Below are positions 52,096-64,000 of a stretch of 64,000 bases of DNA, piece after piece; positions within the stretch are counted from its first letter, which is position 1, and each line of letters begins with the position of its first letter. Both the position numbers and the translations under genes were made by a program. The stretch comes from Octopus sinensis (lineage: Eukaryota). The notes beneath the pieces are model-generated. The model saw only the letters and a list, made by a program, of their open reading frames with translations. It had not been told where the DNA came from and ran no database searches. The stretch is from assembly GCF_006345805.1 (NCBI RefSeq), contig NC_043009.1, forward strand, positions 58,652,001 to 58,716,000, written 5' to 3'.

Positions 52096-52582
52096 GGAGG
52101 CGCAATGGCCCAGTGGTTAGGGCAGCGGACTTGCGGTCGTAAGAACGCGGTTTCGATTCCCAGACGGGACATTGTGATTGTTTATTGAGCAAAATCACCT
52201 GAGCTCCACAAGGCTCCAACGTGGGGTGGTGAACCGCGCTGTACTCTTTCACCACAACTTTCTCTCACTCTTTCTTCATACTTCTTCCACACAGCAGAGG
52301 AACCATCGTGTAACCAACTATGGTGTGTTGTGAACTTTCAGACCCTAGTCTAAATTGTAAATCCTCTATACCCCAGGATGGTTCAGCTCTCCACCCGTTA
52401 AAAGCCACCGTTTACGGAATGAGGATAACAACGTAGCTCTCGCGCCCGTGCAACCACCAGTCTATCGTGTATGGTGGGTGGATCTTCAAGTTGCCACACG
52501 CATTCTTAGTAGCTTAGAGTAGGCTCGAATTAGGGATTATTCTTTGTGGCTAATGGCGTGAGTCCTGATTGGAAGAAGGTAC
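52096..52582 (+). mobile_element. SINE B with long tail variant 4 ending ctgattggaagaag; 10-bp TSD
   Basis: TSD cagtatcagt at 52086-52095 and 52583-52592; tail colinear with 58040-58340. Confidence 0.88.
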
Positions 52583-53171
52583 CAGTATCAGTAGCTGCCC
52601 TCGTCATCGTCGTAGTGGTAGTAGTAGTAGTAGTAGTAGTAGTAGCAGTAGGAGGAGGAGGAGGAGGAGGAGGAGTATGAAGGCCATCTGTTGCTCGAAC
52701 AACGAGATTCTCCGCTCCTTTCTTCATGTTCAGCAGCGATGGTAATACGGGCAACGGAGTCAAATTTGGTCAGCTAGAAAACCCTAGTCCAGAGTAACAT
52801 GTTGGAGGATTTTACATGAAGCTCGTCGTATTCACAAAATATGGTGTCGTGTTACTTCCGCAGGTGCAGGATGCGACTAACCAGATCTAATCAGGAGTTG
52901 CGCAGCCCACCGCATACGGGGAAGCCCTTACATGAGGTAAAGTAAACCTCGAGCACAATTCTTTTCCCTGACTGGCTTACCGCAGCCTATTTGTGACACA
53001 ATCGGAGAATTTCGCACTTCCTTGTCCCTCCGATAAATGCTCCTGGCTGTTCTATACTTTCCTTGGCCTAAGGGCTCAAAGAATCGTTGTGAACTTTGAA
53101 ATCACAGAGAATAATGATTTCAGAGAGAAGCGAAATGTAGGATAGACGTCACCAGCGAAGAGAGATATATA

Positions 53172-53545
53172 AGCGCAGGTTTGGCTGTGAGGTAAGTAGC
53201 TTGCTTACCAGCAAAATGGTTCCGGGTTCAGTCCAATTTCGTGGCACCTTGCGTAAGTGTCTTCTACTATAACCTCGGGCCGACCAAAGCTATGTGAGTC
53301 GCATGTATTTATATGTATATATATGCGTGTGTGTGTTTGTGTGTCTGTGATTGTCCCCCTCACCATCGCTTGATAACCGATGCTGGTGTGTTTACGTCCT
53401 CGTAACCTAGCGGTTTGGCAAAAGAACCGATAGAGTAAGTACGGGGCTTACAAAGAATAAGTCCTGGGATCGCTTTGCTCGACTAGAGGCGTTGCTCCAG
53501 CATGGCCGCAGTCACACGACTGAAGCAAGTAAAAGAGTAAAGAGT
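53172..53545 (+). mobile_element. SINE D, full length
   Basis: Head, CORE-like block, central microsatellite and tail. Confidence 0.92.
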
Positions 53546-54547
53546 ATATCTTCGAATGATTGGTGGCTATCGTATTTCGGGGAGCGGGATTGAAATGCAG
53601 ATATATTTAAAGCACGGTGGGTGGCGAGTTTTGTTGTTTAACCGCAAATTACTTAACACCTGACCAAGAGACACGTGTTCAAAGGAAATCGATTCCTGAT
53701 CCTACAGACAAGCGAACGAATCATTTCTCCTGCATATTTATAACTAAAACATCCGAAACGTTGTCTTTTTGATATTGTAATGAGTGATTTGTGAATTATA
53801 TAGCTGCAAAGTCTATCATCATATAATTACAGATAATATTATCGAACGGTTATTGCCATCAAAATTGGTGCGTCTCAAACTTATGGAGATCATCGTTACA
53901 TCAAGTATTTGATTCTCTCAAGCGGTTTATTTTTAAGTGACCATAATAGAGGTCTTCTACTACACCAATGCGTGTATACATATAGGCATGTATATCTGCG
54001 TGCAGATATACATTTATGCGTTGATGTATGTATTGAGAAACGAGTGTAAATATTTTGTGTTTAAGAAGTCTTCCTGAATCCGAATATCAAATAAGAACAT
54101 TCTTTGTAGTTAAGTTCTATCCCTATATCAGCTGCAAACGTTGTTATTAAATCCATCTATCGCTGTAAATGCTTCAAATGTACATCTTTTGATCATTCAC
54201 AAATAAGATCTCTCGCTGTTTATGCCAAAAACATAACCAATGAACATTTCTAAACGAAATGTCAGTGGATTTAGAGCCAAAATGGACAGGAGCCAAGACA
54301 AAATGTCTCCTTCAAATATTTTCCTTTTCAAAGATTTCTAACATCAGAGACAATATTTTTACTTTCAGTTACAGACGTGAAAATTATTGACCGAGATTTT
54401 GAGCCTTTCAATGGCTGCCATAAGAGCAGCTGGTACGATTTGTCAATCGCAGTGATTACAATAACAATAATTGTAGAACATAATAGAATGCGTAATTGCA
54501 ATCAAGCCAAACTGTCCACAAGGGTTTTGCCATATTGTCGCATCCCT

Positions 54548-54735
54548 TTCTCTCTCTTTCTCTTTTACTTGTTTCAGTCATTTGATTGCGGCCATGCTAG
54601 AGCATTGCCATTAGTCGAGCAAATTGACCGTTAGAATAAGTACTAGGTTTACAAAAGAATAAATCCTGGGGTCGATTTGCTCGACTAAAGGCAGTGCTCC
54701 AGTATGACCACAATCAAATGACTGAAACATGTGAA
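54548..54735. mobile_element. Two SINE D 3' ends joined in inverted orientation
   Basis: tttcagtcatttgattgcggccatgc...gtcgagcaaattgacc followed by ggtcgatttgctcgac...aatcaaatgactgaaa. Confidence 0.85.
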
Positions 54736-55049
54736 TGAAAAATAGGATAAATTTTTTAAAAAAACGTTCAGCTCGTACGAGTTGGGTATTTGTAAACATT
54801 GTACCAGGGACATTTACTGTCCTTTTCTCAGGAAGCTATGAAGGTATTGATAATTGATTCATGGAGATACGAAGATTTTTATAATTCAGGACTTTATTAT
54901 TAGGTTGAGGAAAAAGTTCGTGCGCCGTGTTAAAATAATGAGTTTTGAAATATATTTTTGAGGTGTGTGTGTTCTTTCAGTTCATGTCATGTTCGATTGG
55001 TGACTCACTGTGTTCGTCGAAACTGCACTTTGTTTCTGCGCTTTGTTTC

Positions 55050-55423
55050 AATTTCTGTGACCACATCAACCCGAAGATCTGGCCATCTAACTCCCCAGAC
55101 TGCATTCCTCTTGATTATTATGTGTGGGACCTAGTTGAGCGAGAGACCAACAAAACTACTTGTAACACCAAAGATGAACTGAAGGCAAGGATTATGGCAG
55201 CTTTCACAAACTTAAACAAAGAGACCGTCCAGAAGAGTTGCCGGAGTTTCCGAAGTCGTCTGGAGGCCTTAGTTGAAATCAATAGCGATTTTAAAAAATA
55301 AATCTACTCTTTACTATTTCAAGTTATTTTTATGTAATTTTGGTAAATACAACTATGACAATGAGATGTCACTGTTATTTTCATTTTGCGTAATTTTGAC
55401 GACAATTTATTCACTGCACCTTG
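55050..55423 (+). pseudogene. Tc1/maT (DD37D-like) transposase C-terminus with right TIR
   Basis: WPSNSPDCIPLDYYVW..VERETNK..NTKDELKARI..RSRLEALVE; TIR ending ttcactgcaccttg then TA. Confidence 0.8.
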
Positions 55424-55425
55424 TA

Positions 55426-55498
<73 letters not shown>

Positions 55499-55509
55499 GT
55501 ATATATATG

Positions 55510-55594
<85 letters not shown>

Positions 55595-55595
55595 C

Positions 55596-55759
55596 CGACG
55601 GGATTCTTTCGGTTTCCGTCTGCCGAATCCACTCATGCGGCTTTGGTCAGCCCGAATCTATAGTAGAAGGCAATTAGTCAAGGTTCCACGCAGTGGGACT
55701 GAACGCAGAAACATGTGGATGGGATGCAAGCTTCTTACTACACATTCACACCTGCGCCT
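55596..55759 (-). mobile_element. SINE D 5' half
   Basis: cagtgggactgaacgc ... cctgcgcct. Confidence 0.8.
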
Positions 55760-57198
55760 ATATATATGTATATATATATATATATATATATACATACATA
55801 TATGTGTGTGTGTGTGTATGTATACATGTATGAATGAATGTATATATGTATATATACACATACACACACACATATACATGTATATATGTTGGCACCTCTG
55901 TATTCAATGGAGTTCTCTTAGCTTTCAAGTAACAATGCTATCTGGAGTTTCACTATGGCCTACCTTTAGACTGTTATTAGATTCATTTATTTGAAAGTAG
56001 GGTATATTCTTTTAGATGGCATTTATATCTCTGTCGGCATTTTGAAACGAATTTCTCTTTTCTGCCATGATTATCTTAGCTCCGTTGTAACGGTGCTAAG
56101 TGGAGCTCTCTTGAGGTTCAACTTTTCGCGTGTAGACATTGTGATTGACTTTAGTTCAAATATATGGATTCAGACTTTACATTCGTGTACAAATATATTT
56201 AGAAAAATCCGTTAGCTTCTTGCTGCGTTACATTGCCGCAATTCAGTATGTGGCGGCTTTTGAAGAAACGTTCTCCCAATTCAATATAACCGATCTATTT
56301 AACCATTCTTGCTTGTTACTTTGGTACAGTATGCAACAACACTTCTAGCACTATTCGCCATAATGCATTTTCGTTTCATGTATGCATCAGTTATTCCAAA
56401 CAATATTTTGTAGTTGTGTTCCTTTAGAGCAAATCCTATTTTAGGTACCGAACTAACATCTGTATTCAATATAGTTTTTGTTAAATATATATTGCATTTG
56501 TGATTTTTCGATACTGTAGGTACATACATGCATTTACAGAGAAAGATCGAGAGAGATAAAAAGAGAGAGCGAAAGGGAGAGAGAGAGAGAGAGTGAGCGA
56601 AAGTGAGAGAGAGAGAGAGACGGAGAGAACTATACAGATATATACACACTTATATACATACGTACTTATACATATCCATAAAATTATAAATAAATATTTC
56701 CTTAAAATGTTAATATTATCCACAGGACATAAACACATATGAAAATATTTCTATAAAAATGTTTATATAAAAGAGAGTTCAAATGCATATATATATATAT
56801 AGCAAACGTTGAATAGGTGTGTATATATATATATATGTGTGTGTATGGATGTATAATTTTTTTGAATAACTTACATGTAAAATAAACACCGTTTACATCA
56901 CTCATGCAAAATTTGTGGCCAAACGCCAATACTATTGGAATTCCTTATAGAGTTTTCCCTTTTATTTAAGGTGGGAAAGGATGTTATGATGTTTTCATTA
57001 TATCGTCCATGTTATTATTGCTTTGCTTCTAATTTCATATCCTTCTATATATTTCCTTTTTTTTTCATTTCTATAAATTTCTATTTTATTTATTTACCGA
57101 TGCTGCTTTCGTATTTGTATCTTGCAGGTTCCAGAACTGATTTTTAAAATAACAATTTTTCTTAAAGTTATCCACCAATAATGAAACTGTTGTCGGTG

Positions 57199-57269
<71 letters not shown>

Positions 57270-57400
57270 AATATTTTCTTTCTGTTTGTTATCTTTTTCA
57301 TAATTTCATTACATGTAAAGCTCCACAATTTATTCTGACTTTGTAACCCGCCTCAGCCTTCACCCTTGTGGCAAATAAATTAAATCATTATTATTATTAT

Positions 57401-57443
<43 letters not shown>

Positions 57444-58004
57444 TGTTGTTGTTGTTGTTGTTGTTGTTGTAGTAGTAGTAGAAGTTTTTATGTGTATCCT
57501 CACTATCATCATCATTTTCCTCATTATCATCAGCATCGTCAAGAACGGCAGCGTCTGTAGCGCCATCTCTCCTAATATCTTTTTCTCATGATAACTATTC
57601 TAGAGTTCTGCTTTCAGCAACCTTATCTACGGATCGAAATCGGAGTCAAAATTGGAATTATTTGCATAATTATGCAATTTCCTGAAAATCTCTAAATCTT
57701 TACCTTTATAAACCGGGAAATTCCAGCTAGAAAAATGCATAGTGTCATTTTTTCAAGCTACTTACGGGTTGAGTTCAAATCCTAACTAATTTTAAATATA
57801 CCTGAAGTCTATGAAATAAAGTACCAGTGATATACTGGAATCAATAGAATCGACTAACCTTCCTTTAAATGTCCGTAAATAAGACAATATTATTATTACT
57901 GTATCATGAAAAATCTCGGCTTTATTTTACTCGGTATGTTTGATAGTGTCAGCTGGGTAAGGTGAGACATGTTTTGTGCCAACAGACCGAGGTGATCCAT
58001 GAAG

Positions 58005-58423
58005 CCTGCTGTACTCTTTCACCACAACTTTCTCTCACTCTTTCAACCTACTTCTGACACAAAGCAGAGGAACTATGGTGTAACCCACTATGGTGTGGTA
58101 AACTTTCAGACCCTAGTCTAGATTGCGAATCATCTGTACCCCAGGATGGTTCAGCTCACCACCCGTTAAAAGCTACCGTTTACGGAAGGAGGATAACGTA
58201 ACTTTCGCCCCCGTGCAACCGCCAGTCTATCGCGTGTGGTGGGTGAATCTTCAAGTTGCCACACGCATTCTTAGTAGGTTAGAGTAGGCTCGAATCAGAG
58301 CTTATTCTTTGTGGCTAATGGCGTGAGTCCTGATTGGAAGAAGAAGAAGAAGAAGAAGAAGAAGAAGAAGAAGAAGAAGAAGAAGAAGAAGAAGAAGAAG
58401 AAGAAGAAGAAGAAGAAGAAGAA
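58005..58423 (+). mobile_element. SINE B tail variant 4, 5'-degraded, with (GAA)29 end
   Basis: Colinear with 52230-52580; GAA run 58337-58423. Confidence 0.85.
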
Positions 58424-58424
58424 G

Positions 58425-60200
58425 ACAAGTAGATCATCAACTGCAAGAACAATAAGAAATTGGAACAAGAGCTTAAAATGAAAATATTTTAACAAAGAAA
58501 ACACCGAAGTCACCGTCACCTCCAACAACAAAAGTTACAACAACAATAGTAAAGCCGACAACTTATTTGTTGCCGAATTTAGTCAACAGAGATAACTGAA
58601 GCATTCTTTTGGGTGTGATTTGGGGAAAGAAGTCAAATAATTCTTGTGGAAAACTAATCTCTTTATGGCATCATCAAGCGAAAAGCTCACAAAAATAAAA
58701 AAAAGAAGGGAAAACAGTTGTGATCGATCAATATTTTAACAAGAAAATTAAGAAGAGTCGAGAAATCCAACACGGACTAAACAGTGAAAGTTGTCTGTGG
58801 TTCGATTTAGCATATGAGCAGAGGAAAAGATTTCGTGTCAGATCTCACTCAGTGCCATAGCGACGTGGAGGCGGGATATGATGTCTATTCAGAAGAATAT
58901 ATTTTAATTGCATCCAGATCTTGGGAGATGAGTGAATAAAGTAACATTTACGTGTATGCCTGCAACACTTAACATCGCATATTCCGAGATGATACTAGTT
59001 GAACATGGTGATATACTTATCATGGAGGCGCAATGGCCCAGTGGTTAGGGCAGCAGACTCGCGGTCATAGGATCGCGGTTTCGATTCCCAGACCGGGCGT
59101 TGTGAGTGTTTATTGAGCGAAAACACCTAAAAGCTCCGCGAGGCTCTGGCAGGCGATGGTGGTGATCCCTGCTGTATTCTTTCACCACAACTTTCTCTCA
59201 CTTTTACTTCCTGTTTCTGTTGTACCTGTATTTCAAAGGGCCGGCCTTGTCACTCTCTGTGTCACGCTGAATATCCCCGAGAACTACGTTACGGGTGTAC
59301 GTGTCTGTGGAGTGCTCAGCCACTTACACGTTAATTTCACGAGCAGGCTGTTCTGTTGATTCGGATCAACCGGAACCCTCATCGTTGTAACCGACGGAGT
59401 GCTTCCAAATACTTATCATAAAATGGACATCGAAGTAAAACTGGTCGGTTGTGAGGGGGAATGTGGGAATGTTGTTCAGAGCAAAAAACTTCCGCAAGAT
59501 TGCTGACATCGTTTACATGGAGGGCTTGTGGCCCATATGAATGCTGTCGGAGGGCAGAAACAAAACGTTATGCCAATATTAACATGTTATTGGTTCTCGG
59601 TTACTGAAAAGTAGACAACCCATGTTGCCAACATCATAACCGCATCTACATAATCATCAGCTAGAGCAGTTGAGGACAGCCTATACGGTAAAGAAGCCAT
59701 CGGAAAAGTTTGTTCTTTGCTCTCGTGGAAGAGCATGGGCGTCCGGAACTTTCTGCACTCCAGGTCAAAAGTTTACTACAACAACTTAGATACAAGTTTC
59801 AGCCGGAATTTCCCATTTCCCACTGATTTATTGGAGAATAATGTGGAGAAAGAAGAACAGGCCGAAATAAGGCAAATAGCTTCCTTAGTCAGAAAGCGGA
59901 AGAACAAGAAATTACAGAGCCCCACTGCGAGGACACAATACAAACAAAAAACCTAATTCACAAGCACTCAAGCAAAATGAACAGTAAACTCATCACCATC
60001 AACCATCAGATCAACATCAACAACAAATCAGTCACAACAATATCCAAATCTGAAACTACATAAACAAAACACTTACTGTAGACAAAACTATTAGTCAGTT
60101 GACGGAATACTTAAACCATGCTGAAGATAAAATTAAGACAATGAGGTAATGACTTGCGGAGTTCATTCTCAAAACTCCTAGGGACATACTGGCAATACAA
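58425..60200 (+). pseudogene. Possible decayed LINE ORF1-like remnant interrupted by a SINE
   Basis: A-rich, non-microsatellite sequence with fragmentary gag/RRM-like reads; no diagnostic motif intact. Confidence 0.3.
59024..59408 (+). mobile_element. SINE B, tail variant 2, full length, with 11-bp TSD
   Basis: TSD atacttatcat at 59013-59023 and 59409-59419. Confidence 0.92.
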
Positions 60201-60215
60201 ACATCATCAGAAATA

Positions 60216-60433
60216 CAATAATCCCACGCTGTATTGCGGTTCACCTATCGCGGTTTATTTTATTATACTTAAGTCGATTCCCATGTGGCGTTGTTTTGTA
60301 TTTATAATAAAATAAATATATACAAGTTATAACAATGAAAACAATATATATATATATATATATACAGTACTTCGTGAATTTTCATCAGTCACGGCGGGGG
60401 GAGGTAACACCCGTGATAGTCGAGGGATTACTG
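60216..60433. mobile_element. Tigger/pogo-like MITE
   Basis: Imperfect TIRs caataatcccacgc.. / gatagtcgagggattactg; TA at left. Confidence 0.6.
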
Positions 60434-61310
60434 CATGCAAAAAGTTCGAGAAAATTGGGGATTTTTAAAAGAATCATCCAGCGACCTGCTACGCCATCCA
60501 TCCTTCCATCCATTCATCCATGCAGCCATCCATTCAAGCAGCTATGTATCCATGCATGCATCCATCCAACCAATCAAGCATCAGTCCATCCATCCATCCA
60601 TCCATTCTTATATGTATCAAAATGTATGTTTGTGAGTATTGGTATACATATATATATATGCCTCACTATATCACCATATGTGAGTGTGTGTGTGTTAGTA
60701 TGGGAACACAACTGTTATGAAGGATTTAATGCTGGGGGAAATGAAAAATAAATAATTAAAATCAGCTTGGAAAGATAGGGGATGTTTACAAATCTCGCGT
60801 GATTTCCTCCCGAGAATTATTACAATTGTAATATACACCGCTTGTAAAAATATTACTTATATGTAGCTAACAAGTGAAAAACAGAAGGATGAGAATAATC
60901 TTTAATAGGAATGAGCGAATTTGAAAGCGGGCGAGCATCAGAAATGTGACCACCCATAATGCGAAATGTGATTATAAATAAACACGAAATATATAATAAT
61001 AATAATAATATGGTAAATAATATATATGATACATGAAAATAGCAAAATGAAATGGAATCCAATAGAATGAAAAGGAAATGCATATATATTTATAAGCATA
61101 TATAATCTTGTATACACAAATTGCAAAATAACAAATTGTTGAAATATAATATGTGACTGTAATTGGAATATGTATATTAGTCTTTTACAGAAAACTATTG
61201 GAAAAAGTTAATAGCCGGAATTATACAGGATGAGCAACTGTTCTGCTGTGGTACATTCAATATGGAAAAGTCTGGCGCAGTAATGCTAGAAACGATTTTA
61301 TGTAACTTCT

Positions 61311-61554
61311 AGTTTATCTTTTACCATTTATTTGTTTCGGTGATTAGACTGCAGCAGTGCTGAGACACCGCCTTGAAGAGGTGTATTCGGACGACTTGAC
61401 TCCAGTTCTTCATTTCCTTTTTAAACATGGTGTCCATTTTATCGTTCAGTGTTTTGTCGAACGGCTAAGATACAGTGGCGCAAATATAGCAGCATTAACT
61501 GTCAAGCGTTTGTGGGGGACAAAGGCGGGCACACGCAGTGAAACGTATATGTAT

Positions 61555-61599
<45 letters not shown>

Positions 61600-61846
61600 T
61601 AGATAGATATATATATATGCATACACACACACACCACACACACACACATATATATATATATATACATCCATACCCCTATATGCATATATATACATGCATA
61701 CCTTCCCTATATATACGTCTACCGGATCTGCTCACAATGATTTGGTCGACCCGAGGCTATACCAGAAGAGGTTCCGCACCCTGAAGAGTAAACTCGGAAC
61801 TATGTTGCTGTGAAGCAAGCTTCTTACTACACAGACACGACTGCAC
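61311..61846 (-). mobile_element. SINE D, old diverged copy
   Basis: Tail, central microsatellite and head motifs on the minus strand. Confidence 0.75.
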
Positions 61847-62294
61847 ATTGTTTAAAGCCGAGGCATTAATTTAATATGGATGAATGTGCTGTTTGTAGTG
61901 AGCGAAAATTAAGATGACATTTCTAAACCCGTGTATAGAGCATTTGTAAAGTGTATACAAATGTGGAACGACACGAGCTATAATATTTTCTTTCTCCGAG
62001 AATCAGTCCGAGAAAGACATGGCTTAGCTTAGAACGCCGATTCATCGCTATTCCCTCTGTTTCGACTTGTTTTGTTCTCCTCAGTGACGAAAACCGCGGA
62101 TGTTCTAATTAAGCCGGAAATGCTTGTTCCCATATAGTATAAATATAAGGCATAGCTTTAGATGTTCGGAGATAATATATCTTAACAACTGCATGGTTCC
62201 AGGAACTCCACGTTACCTTCAGCAAGTGTTTTCTACTACGAGTGTTAGCTGTAATGTTCTTAGGCTGACCAAAATACCCTCATGGAATGTGACC

Positions 62295-62720
62295 AAATGA
62301 CATTTCTTTTTCATCATAGTCCTTTTGGCGGTCTACACACGTTTTCCGTCGGTGTTGCAATGCTTTCATCTCATGGTGAAGAGGCTGTCGTCCTGTAGGT
62401 AAAAAAGTCATCAGCAGCAGATACGACGTCATCCTCATTGTTACACTGGTTCCCAGCCAATTGATTTTAATTGAAGGACAGAGAATAGCAACCTAGGGCT
62501 AAATCAGGAGAATTGAGAGGGTGATCAAGAAGTTCAACAGACAATCTCGCACAGCAGACTTTGAAAGCAAGGACGTCTTATGCTGTAGCATTGTCCTAAT
62601 GATACAAGACCCCTTCCGTCAGTTTTCTTGGGTGTTTGACCTTGATAATCCAGGATGTTCGTCGCTGAGAAGGACCTGCTCTGCATATCGTGTCTCACGA
62701 TCTACCGACGTTATGAAGGA
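62295..62720 (-). pseudogene. mariner transposase C-terminal remnant (second family)
   Basis: Minus strand reads LYH*DNATA, DHPLNSPDLA, LAGNQC..DDVVSAADDF, ALQHR..CVDR.KDY.EK. Confidence 0.85.
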
Positions 62721-64000
62721 AGCCTCGTGTTTCCAGCACTGAAATCTCATTGAGATATTTCTCTGAAACAAAATACTTCTGCTAGTGCGTTTATACATTC
62801 GAATCCATAGTGTAAACGTTATCCTCAGTGGTATTTTAATCTAAAACAGTTTCAGGATCTTATATTTATTTAAACTCCATTTAGTTTTAATTGAATTCCG
62901 AATTTGAACAGCGAAAGCTAAAGGATTAATTAAGGTGTTTTAATCTCGATATAGATAATCGGATGCAATATTCAATGAATAAATTATATTAGTTTAATAA
63001 AATGGTGAAATCGCAAAAATGTTACCGTGCCGGAGAAAATGCTCTGCAGCGCTTCTTCTGGTTCTGATTTTTATGCCTCCGATATCCATCTCGTCTTTCC
63101 TATCTTAAGAGCCGAGGAATATGTACTAGTTGAGAATTAGTATCGATGTACGCGTCTTTCCCAGCCCATTAAATTACCTGACCTTATACCAACGCCTCAA
63201 AAAACTATACTACGTCAATTTATTACAGCCTTGAAGGAGATACCAACACGTATGTCTCCATAAATTAATTAAAAGCAGTAAAAGTAGACAAGAAAATTGC
63301 GTAGTTCACAAATATATTTTTCTTATTTTACACAAATTTATCACTTTAAGAGTGGGTGTTTGTTACATAGTCAATGTTTGTACCTTCGATACTTATTTAC
63401 TGGGCCCTTATTTTTTGTGTCTACGAAGGAATAAGAGAAAATGAAACAGATCCAAGCTCCTTATTTTGAACTCAGTAACTAAGGTGAAGCGTTAATTTCA
63501 AGCATACTCTCCCTCACTACTACTATATTCCTACAACTACACACACTTCACTCCTACTAATATTGGCCTCCCATGCAAGTTTAATGAAGAAAAACGAAAC
63601 GCACTAATAATCAATATATAAACTCGGACAATAAGTTCACTTGTTCGATTTCCAGTTCAATTTATATTAAATTCCTTTCATTCTTTCCAGGATTTTATTT
63701 CCTTTTTTTTTATATATGTAATTTTTTTTTCATTTATTTCTTACTTTCTTGTTTGTTTGTTTCTTCGTTTCTCTTCCCGTCTTTTTTTTTTTTCATCTTG
63801 GAAATTCTCTTCATTTTATGTCTATTCTTTTTCATTCTGTGGAATATTTTATTTGACTTTTATTTTCTTTCTTCACGTTTTTCATTCCACATCACAGAAC
63901 ATCGCTTTGCATCAAACATACTCTAATTATATTATATTCATCATCATCATCATCAACATCATCATCATCATTATCAAAATCCTCCTCCTCCTCCTCATCA

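Overview
Very AT-rich, microsatellite-saturated eukaryotic DNA. The repeat families look like octopus (cephalopod) repeats; this is my recognition and has not been checked against a database. I find no convincing host protein-coding exon, true tRNA/rRNA gene or CRISPR array, and nearly all ORF-track entries are translations of (TA)n, (CA)n, (TATG)n, (CTAT)n or (AAT)n repeats. The window is a transposon graveyard. It holds about 35 tRNA-derived SINE copies or fragments in four head types, which I label A-D. It also holds R4/Dong-type non-LTR retrotransposon remnants, an RTE-clade LINE fragment, a Penelope-like GIY-YIG fragment, a full-length decayed mariner with TIRs, mariner and maT fragments, pogo/Tigger-type MITEs, a non-autonomous Helitron and a Helitron helicase remnant. 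There is one 100-N gap. The most notable patterns are: (1) a 39-46 kb colony of R4/Dong-type pieces sitting strand-specifically in (AAT)n, with an unexplained 489-bp non-coding passenger; (2) repeated fold-back palindromes beside microsatellites, several with hammerhead-like relic motifs; (3) head/core/tail shuffling among SINEs; (4) closely spaced inverted repeat pairs able to form dsRNA. Family names and motif matches come from reading by eye and need database confirmation.
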